Of a stretch of DNA of 64,000 bases, positions 50,372 through 64,000 are shown in pieces (within the stretch, counting starts at the first letter, position 1; every line of letters starts with the position of its first letter). The DNA is from Camelus ferus. Taxonomy: Eukaryota. Both the position numbers and the translations under genes were made by a program. The stretch lies in assembly GCF_009834535.1 (NCBI RefSeq), contig NC_045727.1, forward strand, positions 12,090,001 through 12,154,000. The letters are read 5' to 3'. The notes beneath the pieces are model-generated. The model did no database searches, was not told where the DNA came from, and saw only the letters and a program-made list of their open reading frames with translations.

Positions 50372-50864
50372 AGCATTATAACCACTGCTGTCATATGACT
50401 GACAGTAATAGTCGGCTTCGTCCTCGGCCTGGGCCCCGCTGATGGTCAGGGTGGCTGTGCCCCCAGAGCTGGAGCCAGAAAACCGCTCAGGGATCCCTGA
50501 GGGCCTGCTGTCATCACCATAGATGACTAGCACAGGGGCCTGGCCTGGCTTCTGCTGGTACCAGCTAGCATAATTGCTTCCAACGTTGCCTCCTTGGCAG
50601 GTGATCCTGGCCGTCTCTCCCAAGGACACGGACACTGCGGAGGGCTGAGTCAGTGCAGAAGAGGCCACATAACCTGCAGGAGAGGAGAGGAGAGTGATGG
50701 TGAGGACCAGGGTCTCATTCCTTAGGACCATGCACCCTTCAGCATCCCATTGCTGAGCTGATGTTGAGGGCCCAGCTGATCCCTGGGTACCCTGGGGGCT
50801 GAGCCCTGGGGGCAGGACCTGTGCAGAGAGAAAGGAGCGGGAGCAGGAGTGGGTTCCAGGCCAT
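50372..50864 (-). CDS. IGLV3: V10: IGLV3-like (QGGNVGSNY) V segment, intact. Leader 50819-50864, intron 50674-50818, V exon 50372-50673
   Basis: Open frame ...YGDDSRPSG...[13 protein letters not shown], canonical splice sites, perfect octamer at 50951-50958. Confidence 0.95.
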
Positions 50865-52421
50865 GGTGGAGGCGCCCTGAGCTCTGCCTCTGAGCCCACA
50901 GCTGGGGGTGGGGTCTCAAGGACTCTCTTATCCTCAGAAGGGACATCCTTATGCAAATCTACTTCCTGGCCCTGTGGCCCTGGTGATCATCTCCCTGCTG
51001 AGCAGAGAGCATTTGGGCTCAATGGAGGATGTCACTAGAGGCCCCAGTCCCAGGCCCGGGCCCAGGTCCCAGAAGTGTCTCTGGTGCTGAGTGAGGAAGT
51101 GCTGCCCCCTGCCCCCAGCACAGAGAGGCACACCTCAGTCTGGGCCTGGGCTTGCCCTCTGGGCCTGGGTGACACCGTCATCCTGTCTAGTGCTGCGGGC
51201 ATCACAGGATGGGCTGGGCAGTGCTCATAGCAGGTGCTGTGGGGACAGAGGTCACCATGCTGCTGTGAGAGGCCATTATTCCAACATTGGACACAGTGAA
51301 GTTGATCTTTTTTCTTCTGAGGCACATTTGGGTTGTTTATGTCTTGGTGCCTGTTTTAGAGGAATCCACAGAAGAAGATCACCAGGATGTGGGGTGATTC
51401 AGGAATCCTTTCATGACACTGGAAGCAGAGTTTGTAATAGGAAAGTTTGAGAAGTTGAATCTCACCCATACTAGAATGTTTTGGGTTTCAAATATTTTAA
51501 ATGAGGATAAAATAAATAAGTTATGGACACATAGAAAACTTTGCAAACCACATATCCAACACACAGCTAGTGTTTAGATTATTCTCAAAACTAAATGGTA
51601 AGAATTAACTGACAGAGTCTGTTTAAAGAATGAGCAAAGGTTAAGAGCAAGTATTTCATGGAAGAGGATGCAGAGATGGGAAACAGCTCATGGAAAGATG
51701 GGTATCAGTTGACGTGAGAGTAATGCCGGCGCAGCAGCGTGCGGAACAACTGCACACACATCAGCATGAGTAAAGTGAAACGTGGTGACAGCCCGGACAC
51801 TGCAGGGCCATGGACAACCGGGTCCCTCCTGCGACGCTGTTGGGATGTGAACTGGACCAGTTGTTTGGGAACAGTGGAAGCGTCTTCAAATCGTAAATTG
51901 CAGTTGGGTCCCTATGATCCAGCAACTGCTCTCCTGTGACTTTAGTTCAAGAAGTGAGAGCTACTGTTCCCACTGAGCCCTGTGCACGGCTGTTCAGAGT
52001 AACTTCCACACAGTAGCCCCCAAGGGAGACCGACCCGATGTCCTGCAGAGGGAGGCTGGGTCCCAGACGCTGTACCTGAATATTGGAACAGGACTCAGCC
52101 CTGAGAAGGAGGGGACTCTTAGAGCACACGGCAGTTTTGAGAAATCTGCAGGGGGTTATGCGGAGTGAAAGATGCCATTTCCAAAAGCCATCATTCTCTG
52201 AGTCTAGTTCTTATTTCTTTGTAGAATTTCTGAACAAAATTAGAAATGAACAACTAGGTAGTGGTTGCAGGGGTCAGGGGCAGAGTGGGGGCACGGGAGA
52301 AAGGCAGTCGGCATTGTTATTAAGGTAAAACACGAGGGTCCTTGAGGTAGTGGAACTGAATTATTTCTTGACCTCTCTGCTAGATTTGAACCTACATACA
52401 TGATAATATCACACAGGACTC

Positions 52422-52457
<36 letters not shown>

Positions 52458-54889
52458 AATTAGTACACGTAATACTGGGAAACTCTGAGCTTGAACTTTG
52501 GGCAATGGTTTGATCAAACACTTGACCAAGAAGATATGAAGTTGACAAATAAGCCCTTAAATTATGTTCACCAGTGTAAGTCACTAAAGAAAATTAAAAC
52601 CATGCGATACCACGTGATGTGCTTGAGAATGACTTTGTTAACAGCCTAATATGCCCAGAGCTCAGGGGGTGGGCAGCAAGTGTAACTCTCCTCAGTGGCT
52701 GAGGACCACAGAAAGCAACGTCGGGCACCCACGCTGGATAATAGTTTGCCAGAGTCTTAGACAGGCGCTCCTGTACCTGCCGTAGGAACCATCAATTCCA
52801 TTCCCAGGTGTTTTCCTGAGTGAAATGAAAACTTATGCCCACAAACCACCTGTAACAAGTATTATAAAGGCTTTATGTGAAATTGTGAAAGTGTGGACTC
52901 TCGATTCAACCCTAATTTTACAACCAGTGGACGATGAACAAACTGTGGTGCATCCATGCAGTGGAATCTACTCAGTAAGGGGCAGGCAGTGGGCGATTAG
53001 CACCTAAAACAAAACAGACAGATCCCAGGTACATCACACTGGGTGAAAGAAGCCAGAACCAAGGGCTGCCCTGTGTCACTGCATTTCATGATGTTCTGAC
53101 CAGGAGCCAACTGTAGGGACAGACAGCAGACCAGCAGTCCCAGAGGCGGGGCTAGAGGAAGGGCCGCCCCCAAAGGCGCCTGAGGCAGCTATGGGAATAA
53201 CAGAGCTACTGGCTGCTGTGCCAGCAGGATGCTTACTTCTCTATATGCATTTATAAATACTCTTAGAAGTGTTTCTAAAAGTTGTAATTTTTTAGCATAT
53301 GTAAATTATAACCAAAAAAAGAATAAAGAAACAGTGGAAGAATATTCCCAAGTGCAAACTCTCACTTAGAGATTGTGAACAGCAAGTCCAGAGAAAGCAG
53401 AGGACACTTTCCTCAGAACAGGGAGGGAGGGAGGGAGGGAGCAGGTGTGGGTAGAGACAGACCCTGGCCTTCAAGTCTGTCCCTGCCAGCCCACCCTGAC
53501 CATATCTCTCTGACCTTGGCTCTGTACTGGCAGACTCCTCCCAGGCTGGTGTCCATCTAAGCACAGAAGGAATAGATTTTATTGGTCCCACTATTTCTTC
53601 CATGTCCTTACTCCCTGCAGTCTGTCCCTCTGTCTTTCAGAGACTCCTTCAGACTTTCTTACAGTTCTTAGCAGCACAGACACCAGGGGTGTGGAGGTGC
53701 TGGGACTCGCATGGCAGTGGGTTTGTTACCTGATGGACCTCTGTCTCCTTAGAGGGCAGCCAGTCTTAGGTGACAGACGTCCCTGCTGGACTGAGCCCCA
53801 TGATCCTCTGTAGTCCTGCTACCATCCCCTCCCTGACCATCCTTCCCAGGGAGACCCACCCCTCCTGCCCCCTTGGCCTCATCCATGCCACAGGCAGCCC
53901 CCAGACTCTCCCTGTATGTCTTCCATCACTGGGGGCCCTGCTGAGGTTCAGGATCCAGCCCTGAAATCCCACCCAATCCTGGTCAGGTTAGGGCCCAGGA
54001 TCAGAGTTATTGGTCAACACAGATACTCCCCATGGACTCAGTGGTCTGGGTGCATTAAATCTGCTTGTTTTTCAAACTCCAGGAATGTTGCGTAGGAACC
54101 TCACATCCACACATCTGCCTTGCAAATGCTTATGATTGCGTCACCCCAGGCTGAGACTTGGGGTGGGGCGACCATATTCTCCACATCAGCGTCCCTTGTT
54201 TCCCTCCCCAGTGATGTCCCGGGGCACGTGGTCCTGACCAGTCCTCTGAATGTCCTGTGGGCAGATGTGGAGCCATTCTTGACACCTGAAGCTGAGAATC
54301 TGCCCCAGTTGGGGAAGCCCAGCCTGGTCCAGGTCTGTCCTGCACAGATCCCCCAACATGCCCTGACTCTTCATAGGACACAGCTCTGTTCCCACCTGAG
54401 GGTGAAGTCTCCTGTCCTCCCTGCCCTGAGGCCACATGCTTCCTGCTGAGCCTCCAGTCATGACAGGACTCCCTCCCTTCTCCATGGGCACCGGAGTTGA
54501 GACACATGATGGTCAGACATTCATTGTCACCTCTAAATCCCAAGATCCATGTTCCTTCCCTGAGAGATCCTACAGTTGGAGCATGCGGCCTGATGGCTCT
54601 TGTGATTGGGGTCATCTCAGCCCAGCCCCCCCACCCAAGATCATGTGCCCCTAGGCCTGTGTAGTCTCTACCAGCATCATTCCCACAGGCTTGGGGAGTA
54701 GGAAACAGAATGTTGTGTTGACAAAATCACCTAAAGTTTAATCTGTGCCTGACTCTCCCAAGGTGTGTCTTGTGGAGTGGGTGAGGGTGATGGGTTTGCA
54801 AGGAGGAGGCCCAAAATTTAGGGCCCTGGGCAGATGGGACAGGGAGCAGCCCACCCTGGTCCCCATGAGGCAGAGGGTACGGGGAAGGA

Positions 54890-54927
54890 GGTTTTGGTCT
54901 CATTTCCCCATTTTCTGTGTCACTGTG
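54890..54927 (-). other. RSS of V11 with 22-nt spacer
   Basis: CACAGTG, 22 nt, ACCAAAACC. Confidence 0.88.
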
Positions 54928-55414
54928 GATTACCCGAATTTGTCAACACTTTTATAGTTGACTCCACAGTAATAGTTAGCCTTGTCCTCGGCCTGGATGT
55001 TGGAGACGGTCAGGTAGCGGTCAGCCCCGGAGCTGGAGCCTGAGAAGCGACCGGGAAGCCCATCCCCCTTGGTGACTGTTCCATCACTGGTCACCTTCAT
55101 CAGGAATGAAGGGGTCTGCCCTGATCTCTGCCGAAACCACTGAATGTAGTGTGTGCTGTGCTCACTGCTCAGGGTGCAGGGGAGCCTGACCGCCGTTCCC
55201 AGGGAGGCAGAGGCCGACGGGGGCTGGGTCAGCACAGGCGCAGCACAGAGACCTGCGAACAGAGATGCAGGGATGAGGCTGACTGCACTGGGACTGGACA
55301 GGTGACCCTGAGCACCCGGCTTGAGGGGAGGGATTGGGAGGCCCCCGAGGGCCCTGGACCACTCTGACTTGTGGAGAAAAGGAGAGGCAGGAGGTAGGAG
55401 GGAGCCCAGGCCAT
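54928..55414 (-). CDS. IGLV4: V11: IGLV4-3-like V segment, frame intact up to a terminal germline TAA. Leader 55369-55414, V exon 54928-55252
   Basis: MAWAPSYLLPLLFST-S-LCAAPVLTQ...YYCGVNYKSVDKFG*. 46-nt leader with ACAA|GTCAGA donor. Confidence 0.87.
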
Positions 55415-58400
55415 GGTGGGCAGAGACTGTGTGAGCTCTGCCCTGAGGATGCCCAGCTGGACAGCCTCTCCAAGCACCTGTTTTATCCTCTCCTCTCCCA
55501 GACACAGCTCAAGAAGAGAGGAGCACTGAATTCAAATCTATTCCCTACTGCCTGTCCTGTGGCTCTGCTCTTGTCTCAGCCCTGAGCCCAGGGACCTCTC
55601 TTTGGTAATTCCATGAGGTTGGAAGTGCCAAGTCAGGGTTTCAGAATGAGAGTTATTCTCCCCAAGAGAAAAGTCTTCAAGGAAACATCAGTCATGCCCC
55701 TTGCACTGGACCTTGCCCAGGGGACTTGGACCTCTTAGGGTCTCCAAAGCAGAACCTACAGTGCCCTGGATGCTCCCAGGATTGATCCCATCCTACACGT
55801 GTCTCTAGTTCAGCAGAATGACTGCTTTGGAGCTGCCAATAGATGCCAGACCCTTGGTGAATTTTCCTGCACCACCTCACCTGGCATCATAATAACTCAA
55901 CAGCGCCCTCTGCTGAAGGCACACCTCTCCCCAGTCTAATCAGGAGGAACCTCCATTGGGAGGTTCAACCATGTTCCCAGGGTCCCCCGACAGCGATGAG
56001 TGCGTCAAGATTCCACCCAGGGGACTGACTTCAGAGCCTGATCTTTCATTACCCTCCTCGCCCTGTCCCCCCAAACTCCCTGCCTCCCCCAATTCAGGCC
56101 CCTGAGCTCCTCCTGTCCCAACCCTCTCTTCTGTATCCCACATCAATAAAATATTCCTTATGGTCCACTTTGGCTTCTAGATCTCTGCACAAACTATAAC
56201 TTGTCATGGGGTTTTTGGAAGCCAACTTCCCCCTGAGAGGGATGCTTGTAGCAATATTTATTTAAAAATGTACACACTATTGTTATTCATTTTGCATTAT
56301 AATAAAACTGTGCTTGATGGCTCAGCTGGATCTGTCAGATTGCATTTATTATCTTTTCTTACTGAAGGAAGCCTTCTGGACACATAAATCCCTTCATTTC
56401 TGGGTGGCCTCAGTGACACTGACTTGGGTGGAAAGTGGAGCAGCAGTTTCTCCCCAATGAGGCCTTTGTGTTTGGGACCCGCTGTCGCCTCCTGGTGGTG
56501 GGGACTATATGTTGCAGGCACAGTTCCCCAAGGAAACCTCATCCAGCTCACCTGCTCTGTCCAATATGGTGGCCACAATCAAGGTGGCCGCTGATCATGC
56601 AGTGCAGATGGACCCAGTAGAGATAGGCTGTCGATCTGAAATACCCAGCAGGTGCCAAAGATTTAGGACAGTGTAGTGTAGAATGTTTCAATATTTGTAC
56701 ATTTAATTCATATTGAAATGATACTTTCAATGAACAGAATTAAGGCAAAGCTATCATGGAAACTAATTGCATCTACATCTCTTAATTTTTTTAAAGTGTC
56801 TATTGAAAAAATTTTAAATGACAGATGGGCTTCAAATTTTGTTTCTATTGGACAGGGCAGCACTTCAAAGTCACAATATCAGTCACTTGTGTTTGAAATA
56901 GGAGAGAGGACTTTCCTGCACGTTAGAAAATGTCATGTCTCAGCTGAAAGCACAGTGAGAGGCCGCAGGAAGGTGCTGAAGACCGGGGGTTCCGGGCTGG
57001 AGAGAACTTGGTGTTCTGGCAGGTTGCCACACCCTCGATCTGACTTGGACCAAGCTGCTCAGCCCTTCATGCCTCAGTTTCCCCATCTGTGACCTGGGTT
57101 GTCAGGGGAATGCTTTCTCACAGATTATTTGTGATTAAACAAGGGAATAAAATGGAGGAGCTTTGATGGTGCTTGCTGCGCATTAAGTACTCATGAATGT
57201 TCTCTCCTCTTACAGCTGATGACATCCTTATTCCTTATCCAGATACTTACTACACAGCACAGGCATTGGAACAGGTGTAGGAACATGATGAAGGAACAAA
57301 GTTTTGGGGTTGTGACATTTGACACTGACAAAAATTTCTGGCCACCCCAAAGTGCACACACGCGTGTGGGACCCCTCACACTCACCAGCTGGAGTCCTAA
57401 CCGGGAGTGCCTGAGGGTGGGACCTTATTCAAAACTGGAGCCAGTTCACATGTAATTAGTTAAGCTGGGTTCATGCTGGCGTGAGCTGAGCCCCCACCCC
57501 AATTCCGTGTGCCCAGTTGCCTCAGGAGCTCGGGTCTCTGTCCCTGCGGAAAATCTCAGTCCCTCCTGCTGGCCTCCTAAGTCTTTCTCAGTCCACCTGA
57601 GTCTTGGAATTTGCCTGTCCTGCCCGCAGCAACCGAGCTTCAGTCAGATTCCAGACCTTTGAATGCTGTGGGAAACAGGTTAACATTAGACTTTCTCTCA
57701 GGCCACATGAGTGGTGTGTTAGAGACGGGGTGATGTCCCTGGTCAATTTTGGGGTCATACTTTGTCTGTTTTTGGATTTGCAGAGTTTAGGTTCGGTTGC
57801 TATGTCATCAAGTTCACTCATCTTTTCTTTTGCAACATCTAAGTGCTGTCAGTCTGACCCAGTGTATTTTGATCTTAATTGCTGTGGGTTTCATTTGTAG
57901 AAGTTCAATTTGCATTATTTTTCAATGTTTCATGTCTCCACTTACCATGTTCAATGTTTCCTCAACCTCAAGAAAAAAATGGAATAAAGTTATAAACGTT
58001 GCTTTTGTCAGCTTGTCTGTCTGGGCAATTCCAGGTCAAGCTTCGATTAATTAGTTTTTCAACTTATTATGGCTCTTATTCTCCTGATTCTTTATAGGAT
58101 ATTTTTGGTAGGATTCAGGTATTGTGAATTTTCCTTGCTGGGTACAGGTTATTTTTTTTTTTCTCCCTGTATGTTTGATTTTTCTTTTGTTTTTTGGTTG
58201 TTTCTGTAAAGTGACTTGGAGACACTCAAATCCTTTCTTCACTTGCTTCTACATTTTGTTAAGTGGAACCAGGGTGGCCTTTCATATGGGGCTGATTACC
58301 TCCACGACTGGTGTGAGTTTTTCTGACTGGTCACCCTGAGGCCTTAGTTTGAAGCTTCCCCCTCTGACTGGGGAGCAGCCCTCTTCTGATGTGTTTGTGA

Positions 58401-59319
58401 TTCTGCAGAACTTCCTCCAACATCTTCGGTGTCTCCTTCCTCAACATCAGGATGATTCCTCCCTCCTGGGAGTTCATCAGAAGGTTAGGACTATTTGGAG
58501 GCTGCAGAGTTCTCTCTGTGCAGGTCTCGTCTCTGATACTCTTCCCTCCAGATGATCCATTTGTTTTTGGGATCCTTGGGAATTCACTCTGAAAAATGCA
58601 TGCACGAGGTTGAATGAGATCTCTCTGGAAGGAAGCAAGGGAGGCCACTGGTCACAGCTGCATTGCGGTGACGGCTGAGGACTTGGGTGGGGGACGCTGC
58701 ATGTCATCCTGAACTGAGGCAAGGACTTGGAGCCTTGGTGTCAGGCATCACTGGACCTGAGTCACACGCAGGGAAGGGGCTGGACCTTGGGGGAGCCCAT
58801 TTCTACAACAACAGCCCAACCTGGTCAGGGCATAGTTGTGAGCTGGCAGAGTCTCCAAAACCAGTAGGAGTTGGATCAGCATGAGGAGAGACTCCACAGT
58901 GTCTGCTACACTAGTTTGATCTGCTCATGGACCTAGGTTGCCATGGGAACCTAAGGCTTCAGGAGCTCATATGACCTGGTTGGTTCTGGGGAGCAGTCCA
59001 GGAGAATTGGGCTGGTGAGTGGCCAGTCACCGTCACATGGAAATCCAGGGTCCATTACCACTGAGTCTGTGTCTCCCTCTGTCTGTTCTCTCATTCAGGC
59101 CCTCTTTCCCCAACTCGTTTCACAGCCCAGACACCAGGACATCTTGGCCCAGCCACCCTAAGGCCAGGTCTGATCCACCGTGTACAGAGATGCCTGGAGG
59201 GCAGGGCTGAGGAGGGAAGACATCCTGGGAGCTCAGATCTGGGGGAACCTGGCTGATCTGTCACTGTTTTGTCCACAGGCTCCTGGGGCTGGAGGAGAGG
59301 GTGACACCGATGGGGAGGG

Positions 59320-59358
59320 GGTTTGTGTCCCACTTCCCCATCTGCCTGTGTCACTGTG
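59320..59358 (-). other. 23-RSS of V12
   Basis: CACAGTG, 23 nt, ACACAAACC. Confidence 0.93.
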
Positions 59359-59842
59359 AGATTATCACTGCTGTCATATGACTGACAGTAATAGTCGGCC
59401 TCATCGTCTCCCTGGGCCCCGCTGATGGTCAGGGTGGCTGTCTTGCCTGAGCTTGAGCCAGAGAATCGCTCAGGGATCCCTGAGGGTCTTTCACTATCTT
59501 TGTAAATGACCAGCACAGGGGCCTGGCCTGGCTTCTGCTGGTACCACTGAGTATATTTTTTGTCCAGTAGGTCTCCAGAGCAGGTGATCCTGGCCATCTG
59601 TTGCAAGTCCACGGACACTGAAGCCTGCTGGGTCAGCTCATAGGAGGTCACGGAGCCTGTGAGAGACAAGAGAAGAGGGGGCTTGAGGATGAAGGGCCCC
59701 TTCCCTTCCTGCCCTGAGGCTGTGCTTGGGCTGAGCTCCTGGTTTGGAGAAGACCAAGCTGAGAATCCACTGAGGGCAGAGCCCTGGGGGCAGCACCTGT
59801 GCAGAGAGAGAGGAGGGGCAGCAGGAGGGGGGTCCAGGCCAT
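59359..59842 (-). CDS. IGLV3: V12: IGLV3-like ([13 protein letters not shown]3-25-like) V segment, intact. Leader 59797-59842, intron 59657-59796, V exon 59359-59656
   Basis: [16 protein letters not shown] + [15 protein letters not shown]...YKDSERPSG...[11 protein letters not shown], perfect octamer at 59929-59936. Confidence 0.94.
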
Positions 59843-61385
59843 GGTGGAGGTGCCCTGAGCTCTGCCTCTGAGCCCACAGGTGGGGCTGCTGTCTGGAGGC
59901 CTCTCTTATCCTTTGAAGGGACATCCTCATGCAAATCTACTTCCTGGCCCTGTGTCCTTGTTGATCGGCTCCCAGCTGAGCAGAGAGCAGCTGGGCTCAA
60001 TGCAAGATATCAGTGGGGGCCCCACTCCCAGGCCCGGGCCCAGGTCCCAGAAGTGCCTCTGATGCTGAGTGAGGAAGTGCTGCCCCCTGCCCCCAGCACG
60101 TGCAGGCACACCTCAGTCTGGGCCTGGGTGACACCGGAATCCTGTCTAGTGCTGAGGGCATTGCATGGGGGGCTGGGCAATGCTCATAACATTTGCTGTG
60201 GGGACAGGGGTCACCAAGCTTCTTGAGAGGCCAGAATTCCATCTTTGGAAACAGCGAAGTTGGTCTTGTTCTCCTGAGCACATTGTGGGTCATTTATGTC
60301 GTGGTGCCTGTTTTAGTGAAATCCAGTGAAGAAGATCGCCAGGATGTGGGGTGATAGAGGAATCTTTTGATGACACCGGAAGCAAGATTTATGAAAGGAA
60401 AATTTGATAAGTTGAATCTCACCAAAATTAGAATCTTTTTGTTTTCAAATATTTTTAATGAGGATAAAATAAACAAGTAATAGACACATAGAAAATTTTG
60501 CAAACCGTGTATCCAACACACACCTAGTGTTTAGAGTATGGAACGAATTCTCAGAATTAAATAGTAGGTCTTAACCAACACAGTCCATTTAGAGAATGAA
60601 CAAAAGACAAGAGCAAGTATTTCATGGAAGAGGATGCAGAGACAAGAAACATGGAAATACGCTGATAGGTAGCCATGAGGGTGATGCCGGTGCAGCAGCG
60701 TGAGGGACACCGGCACACCCATCAGCACGGCTGAAGTGAAAAACAGTGACAGCCCGGATACTGCATAGCCGTGGACAATAGGGTCCCTCCTGCGACGTTG
60801 TTGGGATGTGAACTGGACTAGTCATTTAGAAAGTGTGGAAGCATCTGAAAAACCTAAATTGCAGTTGGGACCTTATGATCCAGCAACTGCTCTCCTGTCA
60901 CTTTAGTTAAAGGAACGAAAGCTGGTGATCACAGAGAGCCCTGTGCATGGCTTTTTGTAGTAAATTCCACACAACAGCCCACAAGGGAGACCGATCTGAT
61001 GTCCTGCAGAGGGAGGCTGGGTCCCAGACCCTGTACCTTAATACTGGAACAGGACTCAGCCCTGAGGAGAAAGGGACTCTTAGAGCACAGGGCAGTTTTG
61101 AGAAATCTGCAGGGGGTTATGCAGAGCGAAAAATGGCAATGCCAAAAGCCTGCAATCTCTATGAGTCTAGTTATTATTTCTTTGTAGAACTTCTGAACAA
61201 AATTAGAAATGAAGAACTAGGTAGTGGTTGCAGGGGTTAGGGGCAGGGATTGGGCACGGGAGAAAGGAAGTGTGTGTTGTTATAAAGGTAAAACACGATG
61301 GTACTTGAGGTCGTGGAACTGAGTTACTCCTTGAACTCTCTGCTAGATTTCAAACTACATACATGATATTATCACACAGAACTAA

Positions 61386-61416
<31 letters not shown>

Positions 61417-63449
61417 TGAGTACACATAATGCTGGGGTACTCTGAGCTTGAACTTCGGGCAATGGTTTGATCAAACACTTGACCAACAAGATGCACAGAT
61501 GACAAATAAGCCCATGAAAGATGTTCACCATCAAAAGTCACTTAAGAAATGAAAATTAAAACGTGATGCCACATAGTACACGCAAGAATGACTCTGATGA
61601 AAACCTAATATGCCCAGAGCTCAGGGGGTGGGCAGCAAGGGGAACTCTCCTCAGTGGCTGAGGACCACAGAAAGCAACGTCGGGCGCCCACGCTGGATAA
61701 CAGTTTGCCAGAGTCTTAGACAGGCGCTCCTGTACCTGCCGTAGGAGCCATCAATTCCATTCCCAGGTGTTTCTCTGAGTGAAGTGAAAACTTACGGCCA
61801 CAAAGTACCCATAACAAGTGTTGTAAATGCTTTTTGTGAAATTGTCAAAGAGTGGACTCTCGATCCAACCCTAATTTTAGAAGCGTGGAGGATAAACCAA
61901 CTGAGGTGCATCCATGCAGCGGAATCTACTCAGTAGGGGGCCTGCAGTGAACTATTAGCACCGAAAACAACACAGACGGATCTCAGGTGCATCCCACTGG
62001 GTGAAAGAAGCCAGAATCAAAGGGCTCCCTTGTGTATTGCATTTCATGATGTTGTGACCAGGACCCAACTGTAGGGACGGACAGCAGACCAACAGTCCCA
62101 GAGGTGGGGCTGGAGGAAGTGACGACTCCAAAGGCGCCCGGGGAAATTATGGGAATGACTGAGCTGCTGTCTGCTGCGGTGGTGGGATGCTTACATCTCT
62201 ACATGCATTTATAAATACTCATAGAAGTGTTTCTAAAAATTGTGATTTTTAGTGTATGTAAATTACAACTTAAAAAAGAAAAAAGAAACAGGGGAAGAAG
62301 ATTCCCAAGGGAAAAGTCTCACTTACGGTTTGTGAACAGCAAGTCCAGAGAAAGCAGAGGACACTTTCCTCAGAACAGGGAGGGAGGGAGGGAGCAGGTG
62401 TGGGCAGAGACGGACCCTGGCCTTCAAGGCTGTCCCTGCCAGGCCAACCTGACCATCTCTCTCAGACCTTGGCTCTTGGCAGCCCCCTCCCTGGCTGGTC
62501 TAAATCTTAAGCACAGAAGGAGTAGACTTCATTGGTCCCACTTTTCCATCTGTGTCCTTACTCCCTGCAGTCTGTCCCTTTGTCTTTCAGAGACTCCTTC
62601 AGACTTTCTTACAGTTCTTAGCAGCACAGACACCAGGGGTGTGGAAATGCTGGGACCCACATGGCGGTGGGTTTGTTCCCTTCCAGTTTTCCCCATCCCT
62701 CCAGTGTTAGGGGACAGGACGTGCCACACGAGAGGACATGCAGGGGCATGTTTGGGACAAAGACACTGCAAACCCTTGGAGAGAACAACCCTTTCCCGGA
62801 GTTGGGGGATGTGATGCGATGGCCCTGTGTCCCCTGAGAGTGCAGCCAGACTTGGGTGACAGAGGTCCCTGCTGGACTGAACCCCAGGACCCTCTCTACT
62901 TCTGCTCCCCTCCCACCCTGTCCATCCATCCCCGGGAGACCAGTCACCCCACCCCTCCTGCCTCAGTCAGGCTATAGGGAGCTCCTGGACTCTCCTTGTC
63001 ATCCCACTGTCACTGGGGGCCCCGCTAAGGTGCAGGATGCAGCCATGAAATCCCATGTGACCCGGTGAGGTCAGGGCCCAGGGTGAGGGTTAACTTGGTC
63101 AACATAGCTGCTCGCCGTGGACCCAGTGGTCTGGGTGTGCATGAAAGTTTCTGCCTATTCAGTGGCTCAGATGAGCAAGCAGATTCTGAGTCTGATGCTG
63201 GATAATCTGGTGACCACAAAAGGAGATGCTGAGGTAATTACCACTGGTCAGATGTGTCCCACTGACTGTCCTTGCATTCAGGACCTCTGTCCCCTATTCA
63301 TGGCCGATTGAGACAACCCCAGGACACACTGATGCAGCCAGGCAATGTTTCACCCCTGATCCAGCATGTGAAGAGCTGCCTGGAGGGCGGGGGGTGGGCG
63401 GAGTGCAGCCTGGGAGCTCAGATCTGGCGGAACTGGGCCAGACCTGTCA

Positions 63450-63848
<399 letters not shown>

Positions 63849-64000
63849 CTGCAGGAGAGAAAGGACACCTGGGCTGGAAGATGAAGGAACTTTTCCCAGG
63901 AGACCCCAGCAGCTGACCTGCATTGGGCCCCAGGGGTTCCCTAGGCCCCCAGAGGCCCCTTCCATCAGTCTCACCCCCAGTGACCCACGGGCTTGGTGGG

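Noticed and set aside
33945-61412. (CA)n tracts near 33950, 52420 and 61390 as cryptic RSS or Z-DNA sites
   Set aside because: Ordinary microsatellites carried in duplicated modules. I saw no appropriately spaced nonamer.

Overview
Eukaryotic (mammalian) genomic DNA: part of the immunoglobulin lambda light-chain variable (IGLV) locus. It is probably from a camelid; that is inferred from the lineage-type L1 3' ends and V sequences, not proven. Thirteen V segments lie on the minus strand, each with leader exon, intron, V exon and 3' RSS (the leader of the last is outside the window), so J-C should lie toward lower coordinates. They comprise 8 IGLV3-like, 3 IGLV2-like and 2 IGLV4-3-like segments. 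Five IGLV3, one IGLV2 and one IGLV4-like segment have an intact leader plus V frame. Six are pseudogenes (frameshifts, stops, a broken heptamer, an L1 insertion, or a leader 1-nt deletion). The region is built from segmental duplications whose boundaries fall inside V exons, plus old L1/ERVL/MaLR/MIR/MER relics, a solo LTR with a 6-bp target duplication, co-oriented CTCF-like motifs and a 131-N gap. Most ORF-track entries are spurious. I found no evidence of a wholly new biological system. The most interesting signals are V-exon mosaicism, a germline stop codon just before the heptamer in both IGLV4-like genes, and candidate regulatory architecture. Coordinates were counted by hand.
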